Shown piece after piece: positions 35,132 to 43,424 of a stretch of 47,518 nucleotides of DNA (position 1 is its first letter; each line of letters opens with the position of its first letter). A program made the translations under genes and the position numbers. Source of the DNA: Gemmatimonadota bacterium. Lineage in GTDB: Bacteria; Latescibacterota; UBA2968; UBA8231. The stretch spans positions 1 through 47,518 of the forward strand of contig JAYPJE010000001.1 of assembly GCA_038128265.1 (NCBI GenBank), in the 5' to 3' direction. The notes beneath the pieces were generated by a model. The model was not told the origin of the DNA. It did not search any database and saw only the letters and a list, made by a program, of their open reading frames with translations.

Positions 35132-36275
35132 GGCAATAGGCGTGCTTGAGACGCGCGGTATGGCTTCCCTGCTAAACGCGACCGACGCGATGTTAAAAGT
35201 GTCCGAAGTGCGCGTCGCTGGTCGCCACGGCATTGGTTCGGGTTGGGTAACGGTCGTAATTGAGGGCAGCGTCGCCGATGTGCATGCCGCCATGGCCGTT
35301 GGTCGGGTTGAGGCCCAGCGCTACGGAGAGCTCATTGGCGCCGAGGTGATTCCGCGTCCTGAAACCCGCGCTCAGAATGCGATGCCGCACGGTGCAGCCG
35401 TCGACGGAGCCCTGGCGACTGACGGACGGGCATTGGGCGTTGTGGAAACGCAGGGCCTATCGCCGCTGATCGCGGCTGCGGATGCCATGGTTAAAGCAGC
35501 CGCCGTCGATTTGTGCGGCTGGGCCTTTATCGGCGGCGCGCTGTGCCACGCTGTCGTACGCGGTGATGTGGCCGCCGTGCAAACAGCCGTTGAGGTTGGC
35601 CGTCGCGCGGCAGAAGGTGTGGGTGTTACCTATGCGACACTCGTTCTGCCGCAGCCCGTAGCCGGTATTGCACCGCTGTTGCCGGTCTCGTCCAGCGGCG
35701 ATGTGGGAGCGGGCGGTGCACTTGGCGTGGTAGAAACAATAGGATACGCGACGGTAGTGGCGGTAGGCGATGCCATGGTTAAGGCCGCCGATGTTCAGGT
35801 GCAGCGATTGAGCATTGGCAGCGGAGGACGCATTGCCGCCCTCGCAGTGGGGAGTCTAGACGACGTGCAGGCCGCTGTGGCTGCAGGTCAGCAAGAAGCC
35901 AAGGCCGTGGGGGAACTGGACGGCAGCACGCTGGTCTCGCGGCCGGACGGGGCGACCATGGCCTGCTTTGCCGGTCCGGTAGAAGGACCGCGCCGTGCCG
36001 GTGCGCGCCGTGCGCTCGGACTAATAGAGACGCGCAGCACCGTTGCTTTGGTGCGCGCCGTAGACCAAATGTTAAAAGCGGCCGACGTCGAGTACGAAGG
36101 TAGTTTTAAGGTGGGTTACTTTTTGACCGCCAGCGCGGTGCGCGGCGATGTCGGAGCTGTTAGAGTGGCCATTGATGCCGGCGCACAGGAAGCGGCAAAG
36201 CACGGCGAGCTCGTCTCGGCGCACGTCATTCCGCAGCTCTACGGCGACGTTGAGCTGTGCCTGCCGCATCAATGA
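35124..36275 (+). CDS. BMC shell protein with four tandem BMC domains
   Basis: GTG start after SD GAGGAGG; four repeats beginning AIGVLETRG / ALGVVETQG / ALGVVETIG / ALGLIETRS, each with a D-[AQ]-M-x-K motif and ending IPRP / LPQP / VSRP / IPQL. Confidence 0.9.
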   Translation: MSKAIGVLETRGMASLLNATDAMLKVSEVRVAGRHGIGSGWVTVVIEGSVADVHAAMAVGRVEAQRYGELIGAEVIPRPETRAQNAMPHGAAVDGALATDGRALGVVETQGLSPLIAAADAMVKAAAVDLCGWAFIGGALCHAVVRGDVAAVQTAVEVGRRAAEGVGVTYATLVLPQPVAGIAPLLPVSSSGDVGAGGALGVVETIGYATVVAVGDAMVKAADVQVQRLSIGSGGRIAALAVGSLDDVQAAVAAGQQEAKAVGELDGSTLVSRPDGATMACFAGPVEGPRRAGARRALGLIETRSTVALVRAVDQMLKAADVEYEGSFKVGYFLTASAVRGDVGAVRVAIDAGAQEAAKHGELVSAHVIPQLYGDVELCLPHQ

Positions 36276-36327
36276 TAACTAAAGGCATGGCGGCATTGGG
36301 CGCCGTGCGCAATTGAGGATAGCGATT

Positions 36328-37500
36328 ATGGTTCGCATAGACGATTCGGTGATTACGGCACAGGTCTTGCGGGATCGATTGGGCGACGAGCGCGAAGTCG
36401 AGATCTGCCCAAGGGCCAAACTAACGCCGTCAGCGCTCGACTTTTTGCGCGAGCGTGGCATTGAGGTTGCCCACCGCGAAGCCCATGCTACGGACGGTGC
36501 GGCCGCAGCTGTGTCGGCCTCTTCCGCTTCGTCTTCTTCTCAGCGCCGCGAGTTCAAGGGCATCTTCTGTCCCAATATCGTCATCTTCGACAGCGCGGGG
36601 CGCATCAACTACAGCGAGATGGAACGCTATGTGAACTGGCTGATCGACGCGGGGATTCACGGGCTCTACCCCAATGGCAGCACGGGCGAGTTTGTGCGCC
36701 TGTCGTGGGAAGAGCGCCAAGACGTGGTGCGTCTAATTGCCGATGTTAACGGCGGACGCGTCCCCATTCTGGCAGGAGCGAGCGAAGCCAATACGCGCGA
36801 CGTGCTGAAAATGGCTGAGTTCTACGCCTCGATTGATGTAGACGCCATTTCGCTGGTGCCGCCCTTTTACTACAAGATCTCCGACGAGAGCCTCTTTGAG
36901 TATTTTGCCGAGATCGCCGAGGAATCACCCCTCGATATTTTGCTCTACAACATACCGCAGTTTACGCAGGAACTGCCGTTGGAGCTGATGGAGCGCCTGT
37001 TGCCCTACGAGCGCATTTTTGGCACGAAGGATTCCAGCCGCGACCTGCCCCGCTTGATTAACACCATGCATCGCCTGCGCGCTCAGCGCCCCGACTACGT
37101 CGTGCTGGTCGGCTGCGAGGAGATTCTGTTTCCATCGGTTATGATGGGAGCTAGTGGTGGCACGATTGCGACATCGGGTATTGTGCCAGAGGTAATCGTT
37201 GAACTCTACCAACAGGCCCTGGCCAATAACGTTGACCGCGCTCGTACGCTACAGTACCGCATTCTCGATTTGATCAACCTCATGCTGCTCGGCGTCAACT
37301 TTCCCGAAGGGTTTAAAACCGGGGTAGCCGTGCGCGGTTTTGACGTGGGGCCTGCGCGTGCGTCGACGAGTCCGGCCGAGCAGGAGTACCTGCTGAAACT
37401 CGAGGCGCAGATTGGCTGCGTGCTGAGCGATATGGGATATTCGGTGCGCGGCGCGCGCGCCTGCCCCGTTACCAATCTGCCGCCTATCGTAGGCCGTTGA
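36328..37500 (+). CDS. DHDPS/NAL-family class I aldolase/lyase with an N-terminal BMC-associated extension
   Basis: 'GLYPNGSTGEF..LS.EER', 'LVPPFYY', 'LLYNIPQ', Schiff-base Lys 'GTKDSS'; about 70-aa N-terminal extension with Ala/Ser linker. Confidence 0.88.
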   Translation: MVRIDDSVITAQVLRDRLGDEREVEICPRAKLTPSALDFLRERGIEVAHREAHATDGAAAAVSASSASSSSQRREFKGIFCPNIVIFDSAGRINYSEMERYVNWLIDAGIHGLYPNGSTGEFVRLSWEERQDVVRLIADVNGGRVPILAGASEANTRDVLKMAEFYASIDVDAISLVPPFYYKISDESLFEYFAEIAEESPLDILLYNIPQFTQELPLELMERLLPYERIFGTKDSSRDLPRLINTMHRLRAQRPDYVVLVGCEEILFPSVMMGASGGTIATSGIVPEVIVELYQQALANNVDRARTLQYRILDLINLMLLGVNFPEGFKTGVAVRGFDVGPARASTSPAEQEYLLKLEAQIGCVLSDMGYSVRGARACPVTNLPPIVGR

Positions 37501-38588
37501 GCAAACCCTCGGGCGCACAGGTCCTCGTTGTTGGCGCTGGTATAATCGGCCGTTCGATTGCCTACTATCTCTCTCGCGCCGGCGCGCACCCCACACTGAT
37601 CGAAGCGAGCGCAGGTCCTTCCGAAGCCAGTCGTGCATCGCTTGGCGTTCTCACCCACTTTAGCGGCGGTGCCAGCACGTATGCGCTATTCATACGCGAT
37701 AGCCATGCGGCACACGAGCCACTGGCTGGTGAACTAGCCGACGAAACGGGCATTGATGTGGGATGGCGTCCGCTCGGTGGGATTGATCTCGTCATCGACG
37801 ATGAAGACGAAGAGCGGGTCGAGGGGCTCTGGAACGAAGGTCGCGCGCGCGGCGTGGTGCTCGAGCGCTTGGATGCAGATAGCGTGCACAAGATGGAGCC
37901 CGTCGTTTCGGGCGCCGTGCGCTGGGGCCTGTTGTTTCCCGAAGATCAGCGCGTTGCTCCCATGCTGCTGGGACAGGCGTTGCTCGAAGGTGCTGTATCG
38001 CGCGGTGCTCATGTGCACTACGACGAGCGTTTGCTACATATTGAAGCGTGCGCGGACGGCGGCATCGTTGCACAGACGTCGCGCGCAAGGCGCCACGCCG
38101 ATTTTGTCGTGCTGGCTGCCGGGGCTTGGACGGCGCGTCTGGCCGAATCGATTGGTGCCAGCGTTCCCGTACGTCCGGTGCGCGGACAGCACGGCTGCTT
38201 TGCCGGCCCCGCGCTGCGCCACGTGCTGCGCCAGGGTGGGCATCAGCTCCTCTCGGGTGCACGCGGAACGCTGGTCGGGGCCACTGCCGAAGAGGTCGGC
38301 TTTGTCAATGAAACGACGCAGGAGGCCGCGCGCGCGCTGGGGTCGGTGCACGCGCAGCTGCTAAAGGGGCCTTCGGTTCTGCGCTCACAGGGAGCCGGTC
38401 TGCGCGCCAAACCCAAGGCCGGCCGGCCAATGATCGGTCCGCTTTCCGACCATCCGCGCGTTTTTATTGCGACCGGTCACTATAAAAACGGCGTCCTAAT
38501 GGGGCCGCTGACGGGACAGGTCGTTACGCGCTGGTTGCTCACAGGAGATCCGGGGCGCGATATGGAGCCCTTTGTGCCCGAGCGCTAA
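37497..38588 (+). CDS. FAD-dependent oxidoreductase, DAO/glycine oxidase (ThiO/DadA-like) family
   Basis: 'VLVVGAGIIG', 'AS.ASLG', 'VVLAAGAW', 'PVRPVRGQ', 'GLR...GRPMIG', 'ATGHYKNGVLMGP.TG'; start overlaps the upstream stop. Confidence 0.85.
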   Translation: MSKPSGAQVLVVGAGIIGRSIAYYLSRAGAHPTLIEASAGPSEASRASLGVLTHFSGGASTYALFIRDSHAAHEPLAGELADETGIDVGWRPLGGIDLVIDDEDEERVEGLWNEGRARGVVLERLDADSVHKMEPVVSGAVRWGLLFPEDQRVAPMLLGQALLEGAVSRGAHVHYDERLLHIEACADGGIVAQTSRARRHADFVVLAAGAWTARLAESIGASVPVRPVRGQHGCFAGPALRHVLRQGGHQLLSGARGTLVGATAEEVGFVNETTQEAARALGSVHAQLLKGPSVLRSQGAGLRAKPKAGRPMIGPLSDHPRVFIATGHYKNGVLMGPLTGQVVTRWLLTGDPGRDMEPFVPER

Positions 38589-38698
38589 TGGGAGTAGTCG
38601 CGCGCTCCTGCCCGCGGGGACGGAGCGCGCGGAGTGTCACAATATTTCGGTTCACATTTGTTTGTTTTCACATATATTAGGAGATCTAGGAGGACGTA

Positions 38699-39640
38699 AT
38701 GACTATTGCGACAGACGAGTTAATTGATTCGCTGAATTCCGTTACTTCGATTCCCGTCGTGCCCTTTCGCGGCGGTAAGATCGACTACGATGCCCATGCC
38801 AAGAATATCCGTTACCTGATGGATAACAATCACTTGGATGGAGATCGCCGGCGCGTAATCGGCATAGCAGGCACGAGTTTGATTCACCATATCGGGCGCG
38901 ATGAGCAGGTGCGCCTGATCGATTTTACCGGCCAACAAATGGGTGGGCGCGGCGTGCTTATGTCCGGTATTGCGCCCAATCCCATTGCCGACGCCGAAGA
39001 GCTGATTCGCCGCGAGGCCGCGCTGTCCGTACCACCCGACTGCTATTTGGTGATGCCGCTTACGGGCGTGGGCAATGCCGAGGGCATTTTCCAAAACCAC
39101 CTGGCTATGGCCGAGCGCCTGGGGCGCGAAACGGGCGCGCGCTTCCTCTACTATCTGCGCAATAAAGCCGAGCGCGAGACGGCCGTTCGCTTGCTAAACG
39201 AGTCGGAGCACTTTATCGGCCTCAAGATCGGCACCGATATCGACGACGTGAAGCCCATTGTCGAAGGGGTTAACGACGGGGCCGGTATTGTTATATGGGG
39301 TGTGGGAGATCGCTCTACCGGGCCCGCTAGCCATGGGACAATCGGTCATACTTCCGGTATTAACGTGGTCTTTGTTCGCGCTTCGGACGCGATCAACAAC
39401 GCCCAGCGCAGCGGCGATATGCAGGCTTCGCAGCGCGTTGAAGACGAAATTGCCGCCTTCGAGGAAATTCGCTTTCGCGACAGTCGCGTGTACAATTACT
39501 CTGCTGTGGTAGAGGCGATGCACATAGTCGGTAGCGATGCGATTGATGGCGGCGATGGCGGCCCGTTCAATCCCCGGGTGCCGTCCGAGGTTGCGCGCGA
39601 AGTGGCGGCCGCTATCGAGCCTCTGATGCAGTACCACTAG
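38699..39640 (+). CDS. Divergent DHDPS-family TIM-barrel protein (loosely 5-dehydro-4-deoxyglucarate dehydratase-like)
   Basis: SD AGGAGG; 'SIPVVPF..GKIDYDAH', 'LYYLR', 'FIGLKIG'; canonical GxxGE replaced by 'AGTS'. Confidence 0.6.
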   Translation: MTIATDELIDSLNSVTSIPVVPFRGGKIDYDAHAKNIRYLMDNNHLDGDRRRVIGIAGTSLIHHIGRDEQVRLIDFTGQQMGGRGVLMSGIAPNPIADAEELIRREAALSVPPDCYLVMPLTGVGNAEGIFQNHLAMAERLGRETGARFLYYLRNKAERETAVRLLNESEHFIGLKIGTDIDDVKPIVEGVNDGAGIVIWGVGDRSTGPASHGTIGHTSGINVVFVRASDAINNAQRSGDMQASQRVEDEIAAFEEIRFRDSRVYNYSAVVEAMHIVGSDAIDGGDGGPFNPRVPSEVAREVAAAIEPLMQYH

Positions 39641-39674
39641 GTCTAAACGCACGACCGTTTGAAGGTAGGCCAGT

Positions 39675-39929
39675 ATGGCTAAGAGAAGGCGCCGGCGATC
39701 GCATAGTAATTCGACTCCGCTCAAGACGTATTTGGCTCTGTTTGTGCTATGCGGCGTGGCAGCACTGGTGCTACAGGTGCTTTTTGCGGTGCCGGACAAG
39801 GTCGAACAATACGTCAGCGAGAAGGTGGAGGCTTCGGTAAGTAACGCGATCCAGTCCGAGGTGCAAGCGGCTAAGAAAGAAGCTGCGGCTTCTGCCGTGC
39901 CGAGCTATTCGGTCCCTTTGCCGAGGTGA
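39675..39929 (+). CDS. Small single-TM hypothetical protein
   Basis: Basic N-terminus (KRRRRR) followed by TM 'YLALFVLCGVAALVLQVLFAV'. Confidence 0.6.
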   Translation: MAKRRRRRSHSNSTPLKTYLALFVLCGVAALVLQVLFAVPDKVEQYVSEKVEASVSNAIQSEVQAAKKEAAASAVPSYSVPLPR

Positions 39930-40210
39930 TCTAGGTAGGCTTCCCACTCGATGGGCAGCATATATCGCTTTTGGTTATTGCATTCTTTACAGCAGGGGAC
40001 GACGTTGGACTTCACGGTGTAGCCGCCGCGGCTTAGCGGCACGACGTGGTCCATCGTCAGCTCTGTCGGTGGGAAACGGTCCTGACAGTAGTAACAGTGC
40101 CCGGAAGCGCGTCGGTTTTTCCACCACTGGGATCGACGCATTTGACGGGCTTTATTTTTTTCCCTGTTTACATGTTCTTCAGATGCGGTAGAGAAGTAGT
40201 CTTCTGTCAT
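39905..40210 (-). CDS. Small HNH endonuclease-family protein
   Basis: 'CYYC...LTMDHVVPLSRGG....SNVVPCCKECNNQK'. Confidence 0.9.
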   Translation of the reverse strand: MTEDYFSTASEEHVNREKNKARQMRRSQWWKNRRASGHCYYCQDRFPPTELTMDHVVPLSRGGYTVKSNVVPCCKECNNQKRYMLPIEWEAYLDHLGKGTE

Positions 40211-40257
40211 ACATGTAGTTTAGCCTTTGGCTTCTCCGGGTGCAACGGTACATACGC

Positions 40258-40893
40258 ATGAATCAAACCATTCCCCTGTTTCCACTGCCGCTAGTAGTAT
40301 TTCCCGAACAGGCATTGCCGCTGCACATTTTTGAGCCGCGCTACCGACAGGTGTTGGCTGACGTGCGTCAGGCACAGGAAGACGGCGACGCGCTGCCGAT
40401 AGGCATTTGCATGGGACGCGATAGCTCCGTCAGCGCTGCGGTTGGATGTGCGGTGTTGCTCGAGAAGGTGCTCAACGAGTACGGCGATGGGCGCGCCGAT
40501 ATAATTTGCGTGGGGCATCGCCGTTTTCGCGTGGGCGCTATTTCCGACGAACGCGCCTATTTGACGGTTGAAGCTGAGTATATAGAAGAGCTTGACCAAC
40601 CGGTCGATCCCGCGCTGCTACAGCGCGCGCAGAACGGCTATGCGCGCCTGCTTCAGCTGGCACGAGACGATTCGGGAATGCGCTTTGATGGAACGCCTCC
40701 GCAGAGCGCCTTTCAAATTGCGCAATCGGCGGCGTTGTCGATCGAGTCCAAGCAGCGTCTGTTGGAACTGGACGGCGAGAACGAGCGCTTGCAGTTTATC
40801 TGCCAGCACTTTGACGAACTCATCCCGCGGTTGGAAGCGCGTCGTGCGGCTCAGCGCAAAGTGCAATCAAACGGCCATGCCAAAGAGCTGTAA
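40258..40893 (+). CDS. LON peptidase substrate-binding (N-terminal) domain protein
   Basis: 'IPLFPL..VVFP...LPLHIFEPRY', 'G.RRF', 'KQRLLE'. Confidence 0.88.
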   Translation: MNQTIPLFPLPLVVFPEQALPLHIFEPRYRQVLADVRQAQEDGDALPIGICMGRDSSVSAAVGCAVLLEKVLNEYGDGRADIICVGHRRFRVGAISDERAYLTVEAEYIEELDQPVDPALLQRAQNGYARLLQLARDDSGMRFDGTPPQSAFQIAQSAALSIESKQRLLELDGENERLQFICQHFDELIPRLEARRAAQRKVQSNGHAKEL

Positions 40894-40903
40894 ATTCGGT
40901 GGG

Positions 40904-41572
40904 CTATTCCACCGGATCGACGAAGATATGGTGTGCCACCTCTATCCCTAATTGCTGTTCTGCGCCGGCTTCGACAAGCAGTCTGATGGGTCCGCTAAAG
41001 GGAGCCTTGTCGCAGACCTGGATCGTAGTGCCCAACTGCAATCCCATATCGTCCATATAGCGCAGCATTTCCGGATCGCGGTCGCTGACGCGGCGTATGA
41101 CGGCCCGTTGCCCCCTGTCTATATCGGATAAGCGCGGATAGGTGCGCTCTTCGATATGGCCCTCTTTGTTGGGAATCGGTTCACCGTGGGCTCCAACAGT
41201 GGGATAGCCGAGCGCCTTGTCTATGCGCTCCTCAAACTCCTCCGATATGGCGTGCTCTAAACGCTCGGCTTCGGCGTCAACCGCGTCCCATGGATAGCCG
41301 AGCGCTTCGGACAGATAGAGTTCGATAAGCCGGTGGTGGCGAATGGTCTCAAGTGCGATTTTTTTGCCCGTTTGCGTCAGTTCGACCCCTCTGTAGGGGG
41401 CGTATTCTAGCAGGTTCATCTCCGCCAATTTTTTGATCATATTGGTCGCCGATGCAGCGGTGACGGCCATGCGTTCGGCGATCAGTGAAGTCGTTACCTT
41501 GGTCGCCGAATCGCCTCCATTTTCCAATTTGTAGATGATTTTAAGGTAGTCCTCAATGGACTGGCTGAGCAT
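40904..41572 (-). CDS. mntR: DtxR/MntR family metal-dependent repressor with C-terminal FeoA-like domain
   Basis: 'SIEDYLK.IY', HTH 'IAERM.V..ASAT.MIKKL', 'RHHRLIELYL', 'EAERLEHAIS', 'HGEPIP', FeoA-like tail. Confidence 0.9.
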   Translation of the reverse strand: MLSQSIEDYLKIIYKLENGGDSATKVTTSLIAERMAVTAASATNMIKKLAEMNLLEYAPYRGVELTQTGKKIALETIRHHRLIELYLSEALGYPWDAVDAEAERLEHAISEEFEERIDKALGYPTVGAHGEPIPNKEGHIEERTYPRLSDIDRGQRAVIRRVSDRDPEMLRYMDDMGLQLGTTIQVCDKAPFSGPIRLLVEAGAEQQLGIEVAHHIFVDPVE

Positions 41573-41654
41573 AAGCACCTCTGTGTACTAATGTCGGACT
41601 GCACGGTGGGTTACAGCGGGTGGAATTACCATAATTAGTAACGACCTTGACTTT

Positions 41655-41674
41655 AATTTAGTCAAGACTAAATT
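41655..41674. promoter_or_regulatory. DtxR/MntR-type operator overlapping the transporter promoter
   Basis: Perfect inverted repeat AATTTAGTC-AA-GACTAAATT, just downstream of TTGACT (41647-52), between the divergent repressor and troA-like gene. Confidence 0.8.
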
Positions 41675-41715
41675 TACTGGTTATGCGCGAGAAAAATATC
41701 CCTACGGAGGTCGTT

Positions 41716-42636
41716 ATGACTTTTCCCATTGTAGCTCTTTTAGCCATCATTGCCCTGCTGGGCTGTGCCGGTGAGACAGTCGAAGATACAGCCCGTGCAG
41801 ACCGGGTGGACGTAGTGTGCACGACGGGTATGGTCGCCGACCTGGCACAGCAGATTGGTGGCGATCGCGTTCGGGTTGTCGGTCTGATGGGCCCTGGGGT
41901 TGACCCGCACTACTTTAAGGCATCACAGGGCGATTTGGCCAAACTACAGCGCGCCGATCTGATTTTGTATAATGGCCTCTTTTTAGAGGGGAAAATGCAA
42001 GATATTTTTGACAAAATGGCGCGTGCGAAAAAGGTTGTCGCCGTAGCGGATGCCATCGACAAGGAGCGCCTGCGCCAGCCGGCCGAGCTTGAGGGGCACT
42101 ACGATCCACACATCTGGTTTGACGTGGCCCTGTGGAGTGAGACGATCGACGCCGTCGTGGGTGCTATGAGCGAAGTTGATCCATCGGGTGCGCAGCTGTT
42201 CAACCAAAATGGCGCGCGCTATCGCCAGGAACTGGTCGAGCTACACGCCTGGGTTCGCGAACAGGTTGAACAGGTGCCCAGCGAGCAGCGCGTATTGATT
42301 ACGGCGCACGATGCCTTCGGCTATTTGGGTCGTGCCTACGGGATAGAAGTGATGGGGTTGCAGGGGATTTCTACCGTGGCCGAATACGGCGTTAACGACG
42401 TGACGGAGCTGGTCGACCTTATTTCGCGGCGCAAAGTGCGCGCTATCTTTGTCGAGAGCAGCGTTCCCGAGCGCTCGATTGAAGCGGTGCGCCAGGGGTG
42501 TTTGGAGCGCGGTCACGAAGTCGTAGTGGGTGGAACGCTCTATTCGGATGCGATGGGCGAGGCCGGCAGCGGTGCAGACACGTATGCGGGCATGGTGCGC
42601 CACAACGTAGAGACGATCGCAGGAGCGTTGCGATGA
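41716..42636 (+). CDS. troA: Mn/Zn/Fe ABC transporter substrate-binding lipoprotein (TroA/MntA-like)
   Basis: Lipobox 'LLGC'; metal-ligand motifs 'GVDPH', 'YDPHIWFD', 'TAHDAFGY', 'LYSDAMG'; SD GGAGG before ATG 41716. Confidence 0.9.
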   Translation: MTFPIVALLAIIALLGCAGETVEDTARADRVDVVCTTGMVADLAQQIGGDRVRVVGLMGPGVDPHYFKASQGDLAKLQRADLILYNGLFLEGKMQDIFDKMARAKKVVAVADAIDKERLRQPAELEGHYDPHIWFDVALWSETIDAVVGAMSEVDPSGAQLFNQNGARYRQELVELHAWVREQVEQVPSEQRVLITAHDAFGYLGRAYGIEVMGLQGISTVAEYGVNDVTELVDLISRRKVRAIFVESSVPERSIEAVRQGCLERGHEVVVGGTLYSDAMGEAGSGADTYAGMVRHNVETIAGALR

Positions 42637-43424
42637 GTGAGTCAGGGCGTTCGCCCAGTGCCGTTGCGCCGATTCAAATTCACGATATGACGATTGCCTA
42701 CCACAAGAAGCCGGTGCTGTGGGACGTCGACATAGACGTGCCCGAAGGCGTGCTGGTTGGTATTATCGGTCCGAATGGGGCCGGCAAGAGCACGATGATA
42801 AAGGCGGTAATGGATTTAGTGCCCAAGGCATCGGGCTGGGTGAAAATATACGACCGGCCCTACGATCAAATGCGCAGTGCCATCGGCTATGTTCCGCAGC
42901 GCGAGTCGGTCGACTGGGACTTTCCAGTCAACGCTCTCGACGTAGTGCTGATGGGTCGCTATGGCCATGTCGGATGGGTGCGCCGACCGGGAACAGAAGA
43001 TCGCCGCATCGCCGCGGAAGCGCTTGAGAAAGTTGGCATGGGCGAGTTCGCTCAGCGGCAAATCAGCCAGCTATCGGGCGGCCAGCAGCAGCGCGTATTT
43101 TTGGCGCGGGCGCTGGCGCAGGATGCACGTATCTACATGATGGACGAACCCTTTGCCGGCGTCGATGCGGCGACGGAAAGGGCGATTATCGACATTCTCG
43201 TCGAGCTGCGCCGTCAGGGCAAGACTATTTTGGTCGTGCACCACGATCTGCAGACGGTAACCGAATACTTCGACTGGGTCATCATGTTGAATATGCGCGT
43301 AGTTGCTGCCGGGCCGACGAGCGAGGTATTTACCAACGAGAATCTGCAGAAGACCTACGGCGGCCGCCTGACGGTGCTGAGCCAGGCGGCTCAGGCGATG
43401 GCCGACCAGCGGCGAGGCCACTGA
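42633..43424 (+). CDS. troB: Metal ABC transporter ATP-binding protein (TroB/MntB-like)
   Basis: Walker A 'GPNGAGKST', '[13 protein letters not shown]', '[15 protein letters not shown]', 'MDEPFAGVD', 'VHHDL'; ATGA overlap start. Confidence 0.93.
   Translation: MSESGRSPSAVAPIQIHDMTIAYHKKPVLWDVDIDVPEGVLVGIIGPNGAGKSTMIKAVMDLVPKASGWVKIYDRPYDQMRSAIGYVPQRESVDWDFPVNALDVVLMGRYGHVGWVRRPGTEDRRIAAEALEKVGMGEFAQRQISQLSGGQQQRVFLARALAQDARIYMMDEPFAGVDAATERAIIDILVELRRQGKTILVVHHDLQTVTEYFDWVIMLNMRVVAAGPTSEVFTNENLQKTYGGRLTVLSQAAQAMADQRRGH

Noticed and set aside
28872..39640. Assignment of the BMC locus to PDU, EUT, GRM, carboxysome or canonical PVM types
   Set aside because: None of their signature enzymes (diol dehydratase, EutBC, glycyl-radical enzyme, Rubisco, class II aldolase with acetate kinase and DeoR regulator) is present in the window.
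39905..40210. HNH protein as a homing endonuclease, mobile element or defence system
   Set aside because: Small stand-alone HNH with no intron, terminal repeats, integrase, methylase or other defence genes nearby.
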